A stretch of 64,000 bases of DNA, from assembly GCA_016717205.1 (NCBI GenBank), contig JADKGC010000011.1, positions 217,953-281,952 on the forward strand, read 5' to 3'. The notes under the pieces were generated by a model that was not told the DNA's origin, did no database searches, and worked only from the letters and a program-made list of their open reading frames with translations. Position numbers and translations under genes: made by a program. Source of the stretch: Candidatus Flexifilum breve. GTDB lineage: Bacteria; Chloroflexota; Anaerolineae; Aggregatilineales; Phototrophicaceae. Below, in pieces: positions 1 through 9,750 of this stretch (its first letter is position 1; each line of letters opens with the position of its first letter).

Positions 1-1
1 T

Positions 2-589
<588 letters not shown>

Positions 590-596
590 TTGAGTT

Positions 597-755
597 AACC
601 TCACCCTGCTTGCTGCGCAAGCCGTCCCTCTCCGGGTGGAGAGGGACATGACGCGCTGTGCCGTTGCCCCTCGCATTCGTGAGAGGGGAGACGTTGCGAG
701 CAATGTTGGCTCCCCTCCCTGAATTCGGGGAAGGGCCGGGGGCGGGGTCGGACTC
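597..755. repeat. Composite GC-rich palindromic intergenic repeat (CCCTCCCYGAATTCGGGGAGGG-core family)
   Basis: Same double-hairpin unit recurs at about 9527, 30617, 34890, 43003, 44725, 46938, 50063, 51600, 55925, 61312 and 63267. Confidence 0.85.
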
Positions 756-878
756 GGTAGGTCAAAAATTCGTCAAATCCGGGCGAAAAAACACCCATCT
801 TCAAAGACGCACGGCTATAATGGCGGTGCGTTTTTATTTTGGCGTCTTTGCATCTGGCAAAGACTTTCAGGAGGACGT

Positions 879-2213
879 ATGAAACGGCTTATCGTGGTGA
901 CGCTGGCGCTGCTGCTGTTGGCGCTGCCCTTCGGGGTGTTCGCGCAAGACGCGACCGAAGAACCGGTTGTCACGCAAGCTCAGGTAGTACTCGATCAACT
1001 GAACAACGGCGATTTCGCGGGCATATATGAGCAGTTCACCGCGCAGGTACAGGCGGCGCTGACCGTCGAACAGCTCCAGCAGGGATGGGACAGCGTAGTG
1101 CAGCAGGTCGGCGCGTTCCAATCGGTGGCGGCGACCGAATACCTCGCCGATACCAACACCGCTGTGCTGCATCTGCAATTTGAACTCATCATGCTCGATC
1201 TACGCGTGACCTATGACGCCGAGGGCAAAATCAGCGGCTTGCAGTTCACCCCCTCGACCTATCAGGCGGCAGAAGTGCCGACCTTTGAACCCCCGCCCTA
1301 TGCTGATGAGTCAGCGTTTACCGAAACCGAACTGACGATTAACCAAGGCGGCGATTTCCCGCTTTCCGCTACGCTCAGCCTACCGAACGGCGCTGGCCCC
1401 TTCCCGGCGATCATTTTGCTGTCCGGTTCGGGCACAAATGATGAAGATGAGACAGTCGGTCCAAACAAGCCGTTCCTCGACCTCGCATGGGGGCTGGCGA
1501 CGCAGGGAGTCGCTGTGCTGCGTTTCCCCAAGCGCCCGACTATCTACGCGAATGAGCTTGACCTTGCGAGCTTCACCATCGATCAGGAATACACCGAAGA
1601 TGCGCTCGCGGCACTCGAACTGCTGCGGAATACCCAGGGCGTTGACCCGGAGCGGATTTACATCGCGGGACATAGTCTTGGCGGGTATATCCTGCCGCGC
1701 ATCGCCGCGCAGGCCAGCGACATCGCCGGTTTGATCTACCTAGCTCCGCTGGCGCGGTCGCTTCAGGATGCGATTCGCGATCAATATGCCTATCTGCTCT
1801 CGCTCTCTGGAGCGAGTGATGTCGTCACGCTGAGTATCCTCGATAACCTCGCCAATGTGATCAACACGCTGACCGAGGAAGACGCCGACGATCCGACGAT
1901 GCTGTTCGGCTCGCGTCCGATCTACTACATCGATTTGCAAGGCTATGATCCGGTCGCGACCGCTGTCGAGCTGGAGATGCCGATGCTCTTCATTCAAGGG
2001 GAACGCGATTATCAGGTGACAGTCGAAGACGATCTCGCGCTGTGGCAGGCGGGTTTAGGCGCGCGGGAAGACGTGAGTTTCGAGGCGTTCCCAACGCTAA
2101 ATCACCTGCTCATGCCCGGCACGGGCGCATCCACGCCCGCCGAATATCAAACGCCCGGTCACGTAGACGGCGGCGTCATCACCACCATCGCCGAGTGGAT
2201 CGAAGGACAGTAA
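879..2213 (+). CDS. Secreted alpha/beta hydrolase with N-terminal DUF3887-like domain
   Basis: Signal peptide ending AFA-like (VFAQ), GHSLGG nucleophile, QGERDYQV and LNH catalytic motifs, GGAGG RBS. Confidence 0.85.
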   Translation: MKRLIVVTLALLLLALPFGVFAQDATEEPVVTQAQVVLDQLNNGDFAGIYEQFTAQVQAALTVEQLQQGWDSVVQQVGAFQSVAATEYLADTNTAVLHLQFELIMLDLRVTYDAEGKISGLQFTPSTYQAAEVPTFEPPPYADESAFTETELTINQGGDFPLSATLSLPNGAGPFPAIILLSGSGTNDEDETVGPNKPFLDLAWGLATQGVAVLRFPKRPTIYANELDLASFTIDQEYTEDALAALELLRNTQGVDPERIYIAGHSLGGYILPRIAAQASDIAGLIYLAPLARSLQDAIRDQYAYLLSLSGASDVVTLSILDNLANVINTLTEEDADDPTMLFGSRPIYYIDLQGYDPVATAVELEMPMLFIQGERDYQVTVEDDLALWQAGLGAREDVSFEAFPTLNHLLMPGTGASTPAEYQTPGHVDGGVITTIAEWIEGQ

Positions 2214-2217
2214 AAAA

Positions 2218-2295
2218 GGACTGAGGAATGGGGACTGAGAAAGATCAGCGATAGCAGATCGCGTGCGCTCAGTCCTCGACCCTCAGTCCTCAGCC
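2218..2295. repeat. Inverted heptamer-repeat hairpin (GGACTGA / TCAGTCC), probable bidirectional terminator
   Basis: ggactgaggaatggggactgag ... ctcagtcctcgaccctcagtcctcag between convergent genes. Confidence 0.6.
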
Positions 2296-2302
2296 CTGTG
2301 TT

Positions 2303-3379
2303 CTAGGCGATGCTTTCGCCTGCCGCCAGCTTTTCCGCCTGATCGCGCGTGATCAGCTCGTCGATGAATTCGTCGATGCCGCCTTCCATGACCGCCGGGA
2401 GGTTGTAGCTGGTCAGGTTGATGCGGTGATCGGTCACGCGGTTCTGCGGGTAGTTGTACGTGCGGATCTTCTCCGAGCGGTCGCCCGTGCCCACCTGACT
2501 CCGACGTTCGTTCTCCTGCGCGCTGCGCTGCCGTTCGACTTCGATTTCGTACAACCGCGCAATAAGAATGGCCTTGGCCTTCTCTTTGTTCTGCAATTGG
2601 CTGCGTTCGTCCTGCACCGCGACGACGATGCCGGTCGGGATGTGCGTGAAGCGCACCGCCGAGTCAGTGGTGTTGACTGACTGGCCGCCCGCGCCGCCGC
2701 TGCGATACACGTCCACGCGCACATCGTTCATGTTGAGCGCCACGTCGACTTCGTCCATCTCCGCAAGCACGGCGACCGTCACGGTGCTGGTGTGCACGCG
2801 CCCCTGCGATTCGGTTTCGGGCACGCGCTGCACGCGGTGCACGCCGCTCTCAAATTTCAGACGGCTGAACGCGCCCTTGCCGCGGATCTCAAACTTGATT
2901 TCCTTGAAACCGCCGACGCCCGTATCGCTCTGGTCGATCACGTCGATCTTCCAGTTGCGCGCCGTCGCATAATAGCTGTACATGCGGAACAGATCCGCCG
3001 CGAACAGGCCGGATTCATCACCGCCCGCGCCCGCGCGGATTTCCACGATGACGTTCTTGCCGTCGCGGGGATCTTTGGGCAGCAGCATGACTTTCAGTTC
3101 TTCGTAGAGCTTGTCAGTGCTGGCTTCGAGCTGCGCGACTTCTTCGCCCGCCATCGCCAGCAGATCCGGGTCGGTTTCGTCGGCGACCATGAGGCGCGCG
3201 CCTTCCAGCTCATCGATCTGACCTTTGTACAGGCGGAATGCATCGACGATCTCCTGCAAATTGGAGCGTTCTTTGCTGTATTCGGCGATCTTGGTGTAGT
3301 CGTTCATCACCTCGGGGTCGCTCAACAGCCGTTCGAGTTCTTCGTACCGTGTCTCGATGTCCGCCAGCTTGTCTAACAT
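2303..3379 (-). CDS. prfA: Peptide chain release factor 1
   Basis: GGQ motif, PET tripeptide (RVPETESQGR), EKIRTYNYPQNR; start at MLDKL. Confidence 0.97.
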   Translation of the reverse strand: MLDKLADIETRYEELERLLSDPEVMNDYTKIAEYSKERSNLQEIVDAFRLYKGQIDELEGARLMVADETDPDLLAMAGEEVAQLEASTDKLYEELKVMLLPKDPRDGKNVIVEIRAGAGGDESGLFAADLFRMYSYYATARNWKIDVIDQSDTGVGGFKEIKFEIRGKGAFSRLKFESGVHRVQRVPETESQGRVHTSTVTVAVLAEMDEVDVALNMNDVRVDVYRSGGAGGQSVNTTDSAVRFTHIPTGIVVAVQDERSQLQNKEKAKAILIARLYEIEVERQRSAQENERRSQVGTGDRSEKIRTYNYPQNRVTDHRINLTSYNLPAVMEGGIDEFIDELITRDQAEKLAAGESIA

Positions 3380-3541
3380 GGGTGCGCCTCTAATCCGCGT
3401 ATTTCTATCGCTCTCGATTATAGGGGATGATCGGCAGACTGAGGAGAGGCGAGTCTGCGGGCAGCAGGTTTCAACCTGACTCCTAAATGAGGTTATCCGA
3501 TGGTGAAGACGGTATCGAGTCAGCGTACTTTTTGACTTCAA

Positions 3542-3854
3542 TGACCTTACCCAATTTGGCGGACACCAGAAATGTCCGTTAGGCTGGGCGTGAGGTGTGC
3601 GCGATGGGTTACAAGAAAGACACGAATGAGTTCAAACGCGATGTGCTGGGGATGGTAGCGGAAGGCACGCGGGGCGTCGTCAAGATCGAGCGCGACCTCA
3701 AGCTGACACCAGGCTTAATCTATAAGCAGGCAGCAGCGGTACCGGGTGAAGGATGCGGGCCTGCGACTGAGCGAGGAACGGCCAGCGCAAGCGAAACTAC
3801 GACTGCTCAAGCGCACGTTGGCGGTCGTCAAGCAGAAGCGGGACATTCTGGAAA
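3542..3854 (+). mobile_element. IS3-family left end and degenerate OrfA fragment
   Basis: TG-initiated end TGACCTTACCCAATTTGGCGGACACC; HTH-like YKKDTNEFKRDVL..IERDLKLTPGLIYK followed by a frameshifted coiled-coil. Confidence 0.7.
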
Positions 3855-4040
3855 ACGGCAGTTACGGATAAGCATTGGCTTCAAATTGGCAAGCGTCAAG
3901 GTGAAGCAAGGGTTTCTCGGGTTGATGGCAATAAGCGATCAGTCCACAGAGCAGATTGTCACAGAAACTGAGCGGGCTGCGATGAAGTGTGTGTTCAAGC
4001 TGCGAGATGTTTCTGAGTTGGTCGGTAATGGACCAAATTA
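3855..4040 (-). mobile_element. IS982-family transposase C-terminal remnant with its terminal inverted repeat
   Basis: [40 protein letters not shown] resembles the IS982 Tpase C-terminus; end ACGGCAGTTACGGATAA at 3855-3871. Confidence 0.75.
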
Positions 4041-4067
4041 GGTTCTCGAAAAAAATCCACGAACGGA

Positions 4068-4125
4068 TGTAGGGGCGCACCTGTGTGCGCGCTCACAACC
4101 GGGCAGACACATCGGTCTGCCCTAA
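4068..4125. repeat. GTAG-type REP pair
   Basis: gtaggggcgcacctgtgtgcgcgctc and gggcagacacatcggtctgcccta; related pair at 33752-33812. Confidence 0.7.
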
Positions 4126-4233
4126 CACAAGAACATTCGGTAGTTTACTTTGAGCATTGCGGGGAGGAGCAAGCGCCTCCCTTCGATTTCCCCGCTGCCC
4201 TATAGAGTCAACTCAAAGAAGGGAAGGCCGTAT

Positions 4234-4635
4234 CTACCCCGCCGCGCCCGTCATGATGCTGCGCACGGTGATCGCGGCGATCAGCGCGAAGCCCCAGATA
4301 TAGCTGCCCATCGCCGGACGTTTGGTGGCAGTTTTCTCCACAAAGATGAAGAACGGCAGCGAGAGAATTGCGCCGAGGCCGTAGATCAGGTGCACTTCGT
4401 CATGTGGGCGCGCGTTGATGCCAAAATACATGAGCGCGCCCATGCTCGCTTCGACCACAGTTAGCGCGGCGACGGCATACACTGCCCGCCGAAACCACGG
4501 CGTCACGTCGCCATGCCGAATTAAGCCGATGTAGATCGCCACAACAAAGCCGATCAAGCCGATGAGGAGCATCCCGCGGCTGACGAAATAATGCGCCTGC
4601 CGCAGAAACAGGTAGAGTTCGACGCTGATCATCAT
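4234..4635 (-). CDS. Four-TM hypothetical membrane protein
   Basis: Hydrophobic helices, HLIYG motif, ATGA overlap with the upstream gene. Confidence 0.8.
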   Translation of the reverse strand: MMISVELYLFLRQAHYFVSRGMLLIGLIGFVVAIYIGLIRHGDVTPWFRRAVYAVAALTVVEASMGALMYFGINARPHDEVHLIYGLGAILSLPFFIFVEKTATKRPAMGSYIWGFALIAAITVRSIMTGAAG

Positions 4636-5370
4636 GCGGACGTGCCCTCGGCGGCTTTGCGGTGCTTGGGCGTCTTGGCGTCTTCCGGCACATTCACGGT
4701 CAGCCAGAAGCCGATGAAGATCAGAATCACGCCGATCATCTCGCCCGCGTATTTGAGTTCAGTCTGGTTGAGGCGGATGAGCGCGCCGCCGAGCGCCGGG
4801 AACAGACCGCCCGCGGCGATCAACCAGTTGCCATAAGCGCGATTCGCCATGATGTTCTTGCGCCGGAACAGCCACGCCGAATAGATCGCGCCGCCGACGA
4901 GCGCCAGCGTCCCCCAGATGTTCATGATCGGCACAAAACCGCGCACACCGCCCTTTTGCATCACGTCGTTGATGATCGTCACCATGTCGATGCCGGGACG
5001 CCACGCGTCGCCGTTCATCGGCGTGAGGAAGAGCGCCCAGGGCAGCGTCATCGCGCACTTGAATGTTGCGGGCGATGCTGCCGCGCCGCACCAGCAGGTA
5101 GACTGTCCCCTGACCGAGCCACGGCGCGACGGCCAGCGCGCCTGACCAGTACCACAGCGCGAAAAAGGTGGGGCTCCACACGAATGACAGCACGACCTGC
5201 GCGAACGCGCCGATGAAATACAGCGCCAAACCAATCGACCACGCCAGCAGATGCGGACGCTGTTTGCCGTCCGAGCGCGCCTCCCACCAGCGTTTGAACA
5301 CCACTCCAGCGAAAATTGCGCTGATCACCGCCGTGATCACCGACAAGACGAGCGGAAGTGTGATCGGCAT
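4632..5370 (-). pseudogene. Multi-TM membrane protein split by a frameshift near 5055
   Basis: N-terminal helices in ORF 4759-5370 (to RRGSIARNIQV) continue as AMTLPWALF.. in ORF 4632-5234. Confidence 0.75.
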
Positions 5371-5589
5371 GAGGTTACTTCCTGTGAATTTCTGAACAAA
5401 GATGACGCAGGAGTTTAGCAGATTTTAGTAGATTTTTCACGTCGAGTGTCACCGCCTGCCACGGATGTTCATCCTCATGCCGGGTTGGCATGATTCGCTC
5501 CAGACCCGATGATCTCACGGCATGGCAGCATCCGATCTTGTGACGATAGGTTAAATGCGGTAAGTTTCTATCGGTTGATAGGAGTCACT

Positions 5590-7911
5590 ATGCCCGATTT
5601 ACAACAACGCATCGACGAATTACGCCAGGCTGTGCAAAACTTACCGCCCGATGCCGAAGCGGGAGCCATCACCGATCTGGAACGGCGGGCGCGCGCCCTG
5701 CTCTCGGACGCCAAGAACACCCCGCTAGAATCGGCAGCACAAGGGTTATTTGCCGAACTGGCGCGGCTGAGCAGTCCGACCTCACCCGTCGCAGCGACGG
5801 TGCGCGGCTTGATTCGGCGTGCCCGCATTCGCATCGAGATCGCGGGGGACGACGATGACGTCGACGAAGCGATTGATATTCTCGCGGAAGCCTTGGGCTT
5901 GAACCCGCTGGACGGCGATGTAATCGCCCTGCTGGAAGACGCGGGTCGCCACAGCGCGCAGGCGCAGCAGCGCGTCAATGATCTGTTTGTGCGGCACGGA
6001 GTCGTGCGCACGCCGCCACCGCCGCCCGCTCCGGTGAATGCACCTCCCACACCCTCCCGCCCAGTCATCCAGACGCAGGAAGAAATGCCGCGCATCCCCA
6101 CGGGCAATAGCGGGAATACGGCGAGCATTGTGCCGCCGCCGCGCGCGACCGGAACCATGCCGCCCGCCAGCTCGGAACCGCGCCGCCTGTCGTCCGCGCC
6201 TTCCGGCGATGTCGACTCGCTGCTCTCCGAGATGACGCAGGCCTACTATGCAGGCGATTATCAGATCGTGGTCGACCTCGCCAACAAAGTCCTGAGCTTT
6301 CAGGCAGGCAACCCGACCGCGTCGGAGTACCGCCAGAAGGCCGAGGACAATCTGATTCGCGGTGTCGTGCCGGATCACCGCATCCCGTTTGATGCACGCG
6401 TTTCGTATAACCGCGCGAATTCGTTGGTGCGCGCGGGCAACTACGATGAAGCCGAACGCCTGTACCGCGAAGCGCGGGATCTGGCGGAACGCGCAGGCAT
6501 CCTCTCGTGGAAAGATGCTGAACAGGCGCTGCTGGATATTCAGGATCTCGCGCTCGCCCGCGAAATGATCAACGAGGGCGACCGCCTGATGGCGAACGAC
6601 CAGTGGAACGAGGCGCTGCGCAAATACGAAGGCGCGCTCCGCGTGGTGGCGAACGATCCCTCGGCGGAAGAACGCATCGACAAAATCCGCCGCATTCAGG
6701 GCGACACCGAAGGCGCGAACGCGCAGTTGAGTATGCTCGGCGGTTCGCTCAGCGATCAGGTGGCGCAGCTCCAGAACATCATCAACATCGTCGCGCGGCT
6801 GCGACAGTTGCTGCCGAACAGCGCGCGCTTGCAGGCGCTCTCGCAGGAGACCAATAACCGCCTCAACGGGCTGAAGAGCCAGATACACGATCAGGCGAAT
6901 TCCGCGCTCAACCGGGCGTCGTCAGCCTCCACGGTCGAGGAACGGTTGGCGCTCACCAATGAGGCGCTGACACTGCTCGATCTCGGCGCGAAGCTCGACC
7001 CGAGCGATCAGACGATGGGCGAGATGCTCTCGACTGCGCGCGCTTCCGCCGCCGATATGCAGCGGGCGCGGCAGGTGGTCGAACGAGCGGCGCAGCATAT
7101 CGCGCAGAACTACGATAACGAACTGCTGCAGGCGCGCTCGATGTTGAGCAGCCTGATGAACTATGCGCAGGACAGCCGCTATCGCGCGGTCGTCAATGAT
7201 CTGCTCACGCGCTACATCGAACGCGCCGTCGCCGCCGTGGAAGATGGCGACATCGAAGAGGCGCAGGCACTCCTGCAAACCATGCGCGATGAGCCGTTCA
7301 ACATCCTGGGGCGGCGCTCGGAAGTCAACCGCATCGAGTCGCAAATCCGCGCGCTGCGCCAGCGCCATCAACTGCGCTTGGCGGGCATCGGCGGCGTGGC
7401 GATCATCATCATTCTGCTCATGGCGTGGTTCACGCGCCCGACGTGGGAAGCGGTCTTCTTCCCCTCGCCGACGCCGACCGCGACCGCGACGTTCACGCCG
7501 TCCAGCACGCCCACCGCCTCGCCGACGCCGACCGCGAGTGATACGCCCACGTCAACCTTCACACCGTCCAGCACGCCGACGGCCAGTGACACGCCGACCT
7601 CCACCTACACGGCGACGGCCACCTTCACCGCCACCGATACGCCCTCGGTCACGCCGACGCCGCGCTACATCTGCCGTGGGTTTGCCGTGCAGAACACCAA
7701 CCTGCGCACCACGCCGGACTTAGCCGCGAATCCGTTCGCGCAGATCCCGGCCTCCACCGTGATCAGCATCCTTGGTCAGGAGCGCGATGCGGGGGGCAAT
7801 CTGTGGTTCAAGGTCAATGTGGACGTGCAGGGCACGCTGGTGCAGAATGTGTACATCCCTGCGGAACGCGTCATGCAATTACAGGGCGAGACCTGTCCGG
7901 CGTTCCCGTAG
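5590..7911 (+). CDS. Large TPR/helical protein with single TM, Thr/Pro linker and C-terminal SH3b-like domain
   Basis: GGAG RBS; TPR-like AYYAGDY/GNYDEA repeats; TM AGIGGVAIIIILLMAW; TPTAT repeats; NLRTTP..W.KV SH3-like end. Confidence 0.85.
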   Translation: MPDLQQRIDELRQAVQNLPPDAEAGAITDLERRARALLSDAKNTPLESAAQGLFAELARLSSPTSPVAATVRGLIRRARIRIEIAGDDDDVDEAIDILAEALGLNPLDGDVIALLEDAGRHSAQAQQRVNDLFVRHGVVRTPPPPPAPVNAPPTPSRPVIQTQEEMPRIPTGNSGNTASIVPPPRATGTMPPASSEPRRLSSAPSGDVDSLLSEMTQAYYAGDYQIVVDLANKVLSFQAGNPTASEYRQKAEDNLIRGVVPDHRIPFDARVSYNRANSLVRAGNYDEAERLYREARDLAERAGILSWKDAEQALLDIQDLALAREMINEGDRLMANDQWNEALRKYEGALRVVANDPSAEERIDKIRRIQGDTEGANAQLSMLGGSLSDQVAQLQNIINIVARLRQLLPNSARLQALSQETNNRLNGLKSQIHDQANSALNRASSASTVEERLALTNEALTLLDLGAKLDPSDQTMGEMLSTARASAADMQRARQVVERAAQHIAQNYDNELLQARSMLSSLMNYAQDSRYRAVVNDLLTRYIERAVAAVEDGDIEEAQALLQTMRDEPFNILGRRSEVNRIESQIRALRQRHQLRLAGIGGVAIIIILLMAWFTRPTWEAVFFPSPTPTATATFTPSSTPTASPTPTASDTPTSTFTPSSTPTASDTPTSTYTATATFTATDTPSVTPTPRYICRGFAVQNTNLRTTPDLAANPFAQIPASTVISILGQERDAGGNLWFKVNVDVQGTLVQNVYIPAERVMQLQGETCPAFP

Positions 7912-7923
7912 GGAATAAGAGGT

Positions 7924-8045
7924 TTTCAGTTTACAGTTCACAGTGGACAGTTAAATACCGTTCGCTGTGAACTGTTTTTATTTGGGGGAAAGTTAACCTC
8001 ACCCCTCAATCCCCTCTCCTCTAAGAGTGGGGTCGAGGGTGAGGC
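7924..8045. repeat. Heptamer repeats (ACAGTTC-like) plus CCTCACCCC-type palindrome
   Basis: tcagtttacagttcacagtggacagtt ... ctgtgaactg; cctcacccctc..gagggtgagg. Confidence 0.6.
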
Positions 8046-8063
8046 TGCTTTTATGCCTCGTTC

Positions 8064-8429
8064 CTACGAAACCTGTTCTTCAAAGCTCTTGCTGCTGGAC
8101 TCAAATTCATCACGAAACACTTTGCCATCACGGAAATGCAGAATGGTGATTCCGGTCGCGCTGACGGGTTTGCCCGTGCCCCCGTGGGTGCCGCTCATCG
8201 TCCAGCGGTAGGCGACCGTGTCGCCTTCGGCGATCATGTCGCCGAGGGAGGCCTTAAGGTCGGGGACACTTTGACGATACGCCAGAATCGCTTGTTTCAA
8301 GTCCGCCAGAGTCAGATCTCCGAGGCGATAATCCGGAGAGCAGACCTCGTCAAAGATCGCAACATCGCCGTTCCATGCATCGACAGCGAACCGTTTAGCC
8401 ACCCGTTTGAGTTCTTCCACAGATGCCAT
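8064..8429 (-). CDS. SnoaL-like ester cyclase family protein
   Basis: PDLK..DMIAEGDTVAYRWTMSGTH..GK pattern. Confidence 0.85.
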   Translation of the reverse strand: MASVEELKRVAKRFAVDAWNGDVAIFDEVCSPDYRLGDLTLADLKQAILAYRQSVPDLKASLGDMIAEGDTVAYRWTMSGTHGGTGKPVSATGITILHFRDGKVFRDEFESSSKSFEEQVS

Positions 8430-8547
8430 AGTATCGATCCTTTCGGTTTGGCGCCCCAAAAAGGACGCTCAAATAATATTTTATATCCGAATTTCTGACC
8501 TGTAACACTTTCCTGTGAGTGCTCCACGAATCGGTGCCCTGAGTGCC

Positions 8548-8604
8548 GTATCCGGCAAACAGTCGAATCTGAGGGGGTAGGGGCGCACGGCCATGCGCCC
8601 CTAC
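8548..8604. repeat. GTAG REP with conserved flank GTATCCGGYAAACA
   Basis: gtaggggcgcacggccatgcgcccctac; inverted homolog including the flank at about 48029-48086. Confidence 0.75.
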
Positions 8605-8728
8605 GCGCCCATGACGCTGCGCCTACGCTCAGCCTACCTACGGCTTTTGTCCCATGTGTCGGAATTAAGTTTGTCATTTAATGCCAAGTATCAATCGAAT
8701 CGACAGCTAAGCCGTCGATGTAAGGAGT

Positions 8729-9517
8729 ATGAACCTCATGCTGCATAAATGGACGCTGATCATCAGCTTGCTGCTGCTGGCAGTGACACCCGCCTTCGCG
8801 CAGGAAAGCGAACCGCCGACCGTCACGGTCGCCGACTTCAGCTTTCCGCTCGACCCCACGTTCGCGGCGAACGTGAATATCACCCAATACCCGGGCGACT
8901 CGCCGGAGTTTGGCCCCGGCTTCGCGGACGCGCCGTACGTTCGCTTCGATTTCTACACAGAGTTGGGGCTGCCGGACACCGCCTTTGACAGCATCGCCGG
9001 GGTGCGCCTGTATAACGTTGCCGACCTTACGGACTATCCGTGGCTGGCGATGCAGGCGGACGCGCTCAAGGCGCTGATCGCCGAACGCCCCGACCTCAGC
9101 CAGTGGGATCGGCGCGACGAAACCGGCGCGTATTTCGACGTGTTGCCGTACATCCCCACCCTGCCGCATGGGCAGATTTTGCGGGCGCGGCTGCACTATG
9201 TCGAAAGCGCAGACGTGAGCGGCATTGCCTACATCACGTACAGCAATGCGTCGCCGGAACCGTTCCTCGCGAACATGTTCACCTACACCTTCCAGGGGGT
9301 GAGCGCGGATGGAGAGTGGTACATTTCGGCGAGCTTCCCGATCACCGCGCCGATGTTCCCGACCGAACCGGAACCCGTTGAGCCAGATGTGTTCTACGGG
9401 CAGTGGCCGCAGTACGTTACGGAGACCATCGCCACGCTGGAACAGGCCGCGCCGAGCGACTTCACGCCGTCGCTGGCCGCGCTGGATGCCTTCGTCGGAA
9501 CCTTCAATTTCGAATAA
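8729..9517 (+). CDS. Secreted hypothetical protein
   Basis: AAGGAG RBS, signal peptide ending AFA, YTFQG.S.DG.WYIS motif. Confidence 0.8.
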   Translation: MNLMLHKWTLIISLLLLAVTPAFAQESEPPTVTVADFSFPLDPTFAANVNITQYPGDSPEFGPGFADAPYVRFDFYTELGLPDTAFDSIAGVRLYNVADLTDYPWLAMQADALKALIAERPDLSQWDRRDETGAYFDVLPYIPTLPHGQILRARLHYVESADVSGIAYITYSNASPEPFLANMFTYTFQGVSADGEWYISASFPITAPMFPTEPEPVEPDVFYGQWPQYVTETIATLEQAAPSDFTPSLAALDAFVGTFNFE

Positions 9518-9526
9518 GGGCGCGTT

Positions 9527-9678
9527 CCGACCCCACCCCCGCCCCGAATTCGGGGCGGGGCGACAATATTGCTCGCAACGCCTCTCCTTCTCCCCGCTTG
9601 CGTGGGCGAAGGAAACCCTCGTTTCATTGAGAAGCATATCCCCTGTTAGGCTAGGAAGTATGGGGTTTTTGACACGCT
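9527..9678. repeat. Palindromic repeat unit with MITE-like right end TTTTTGACACGCT
   Basis: ccgccccgaattcggggcgggg core; right end resembles those at 30952, 47049 and 51869. Confidence 0.7.
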
Positions 9679-9750
9679 CAGAGGGGCCGATTTCAAGTGA
9701 TTATACGGTGCCTCAGCGTAAACCAAAGTTGGAACGATTCGTTCGCAGTG

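Noticed and set aside
601-882. Short ORFs such as PRPFPEFREG / EFGEGPG (also at 30636, 44688, 46849, 61308)
   Set aside because: Translations of the palindromic repeat, not genes.
7455-7660. Tandem DNA repeat or contingency locus
   Set aside because: Explained by Thr/Pro linker codons with synonymous variation.
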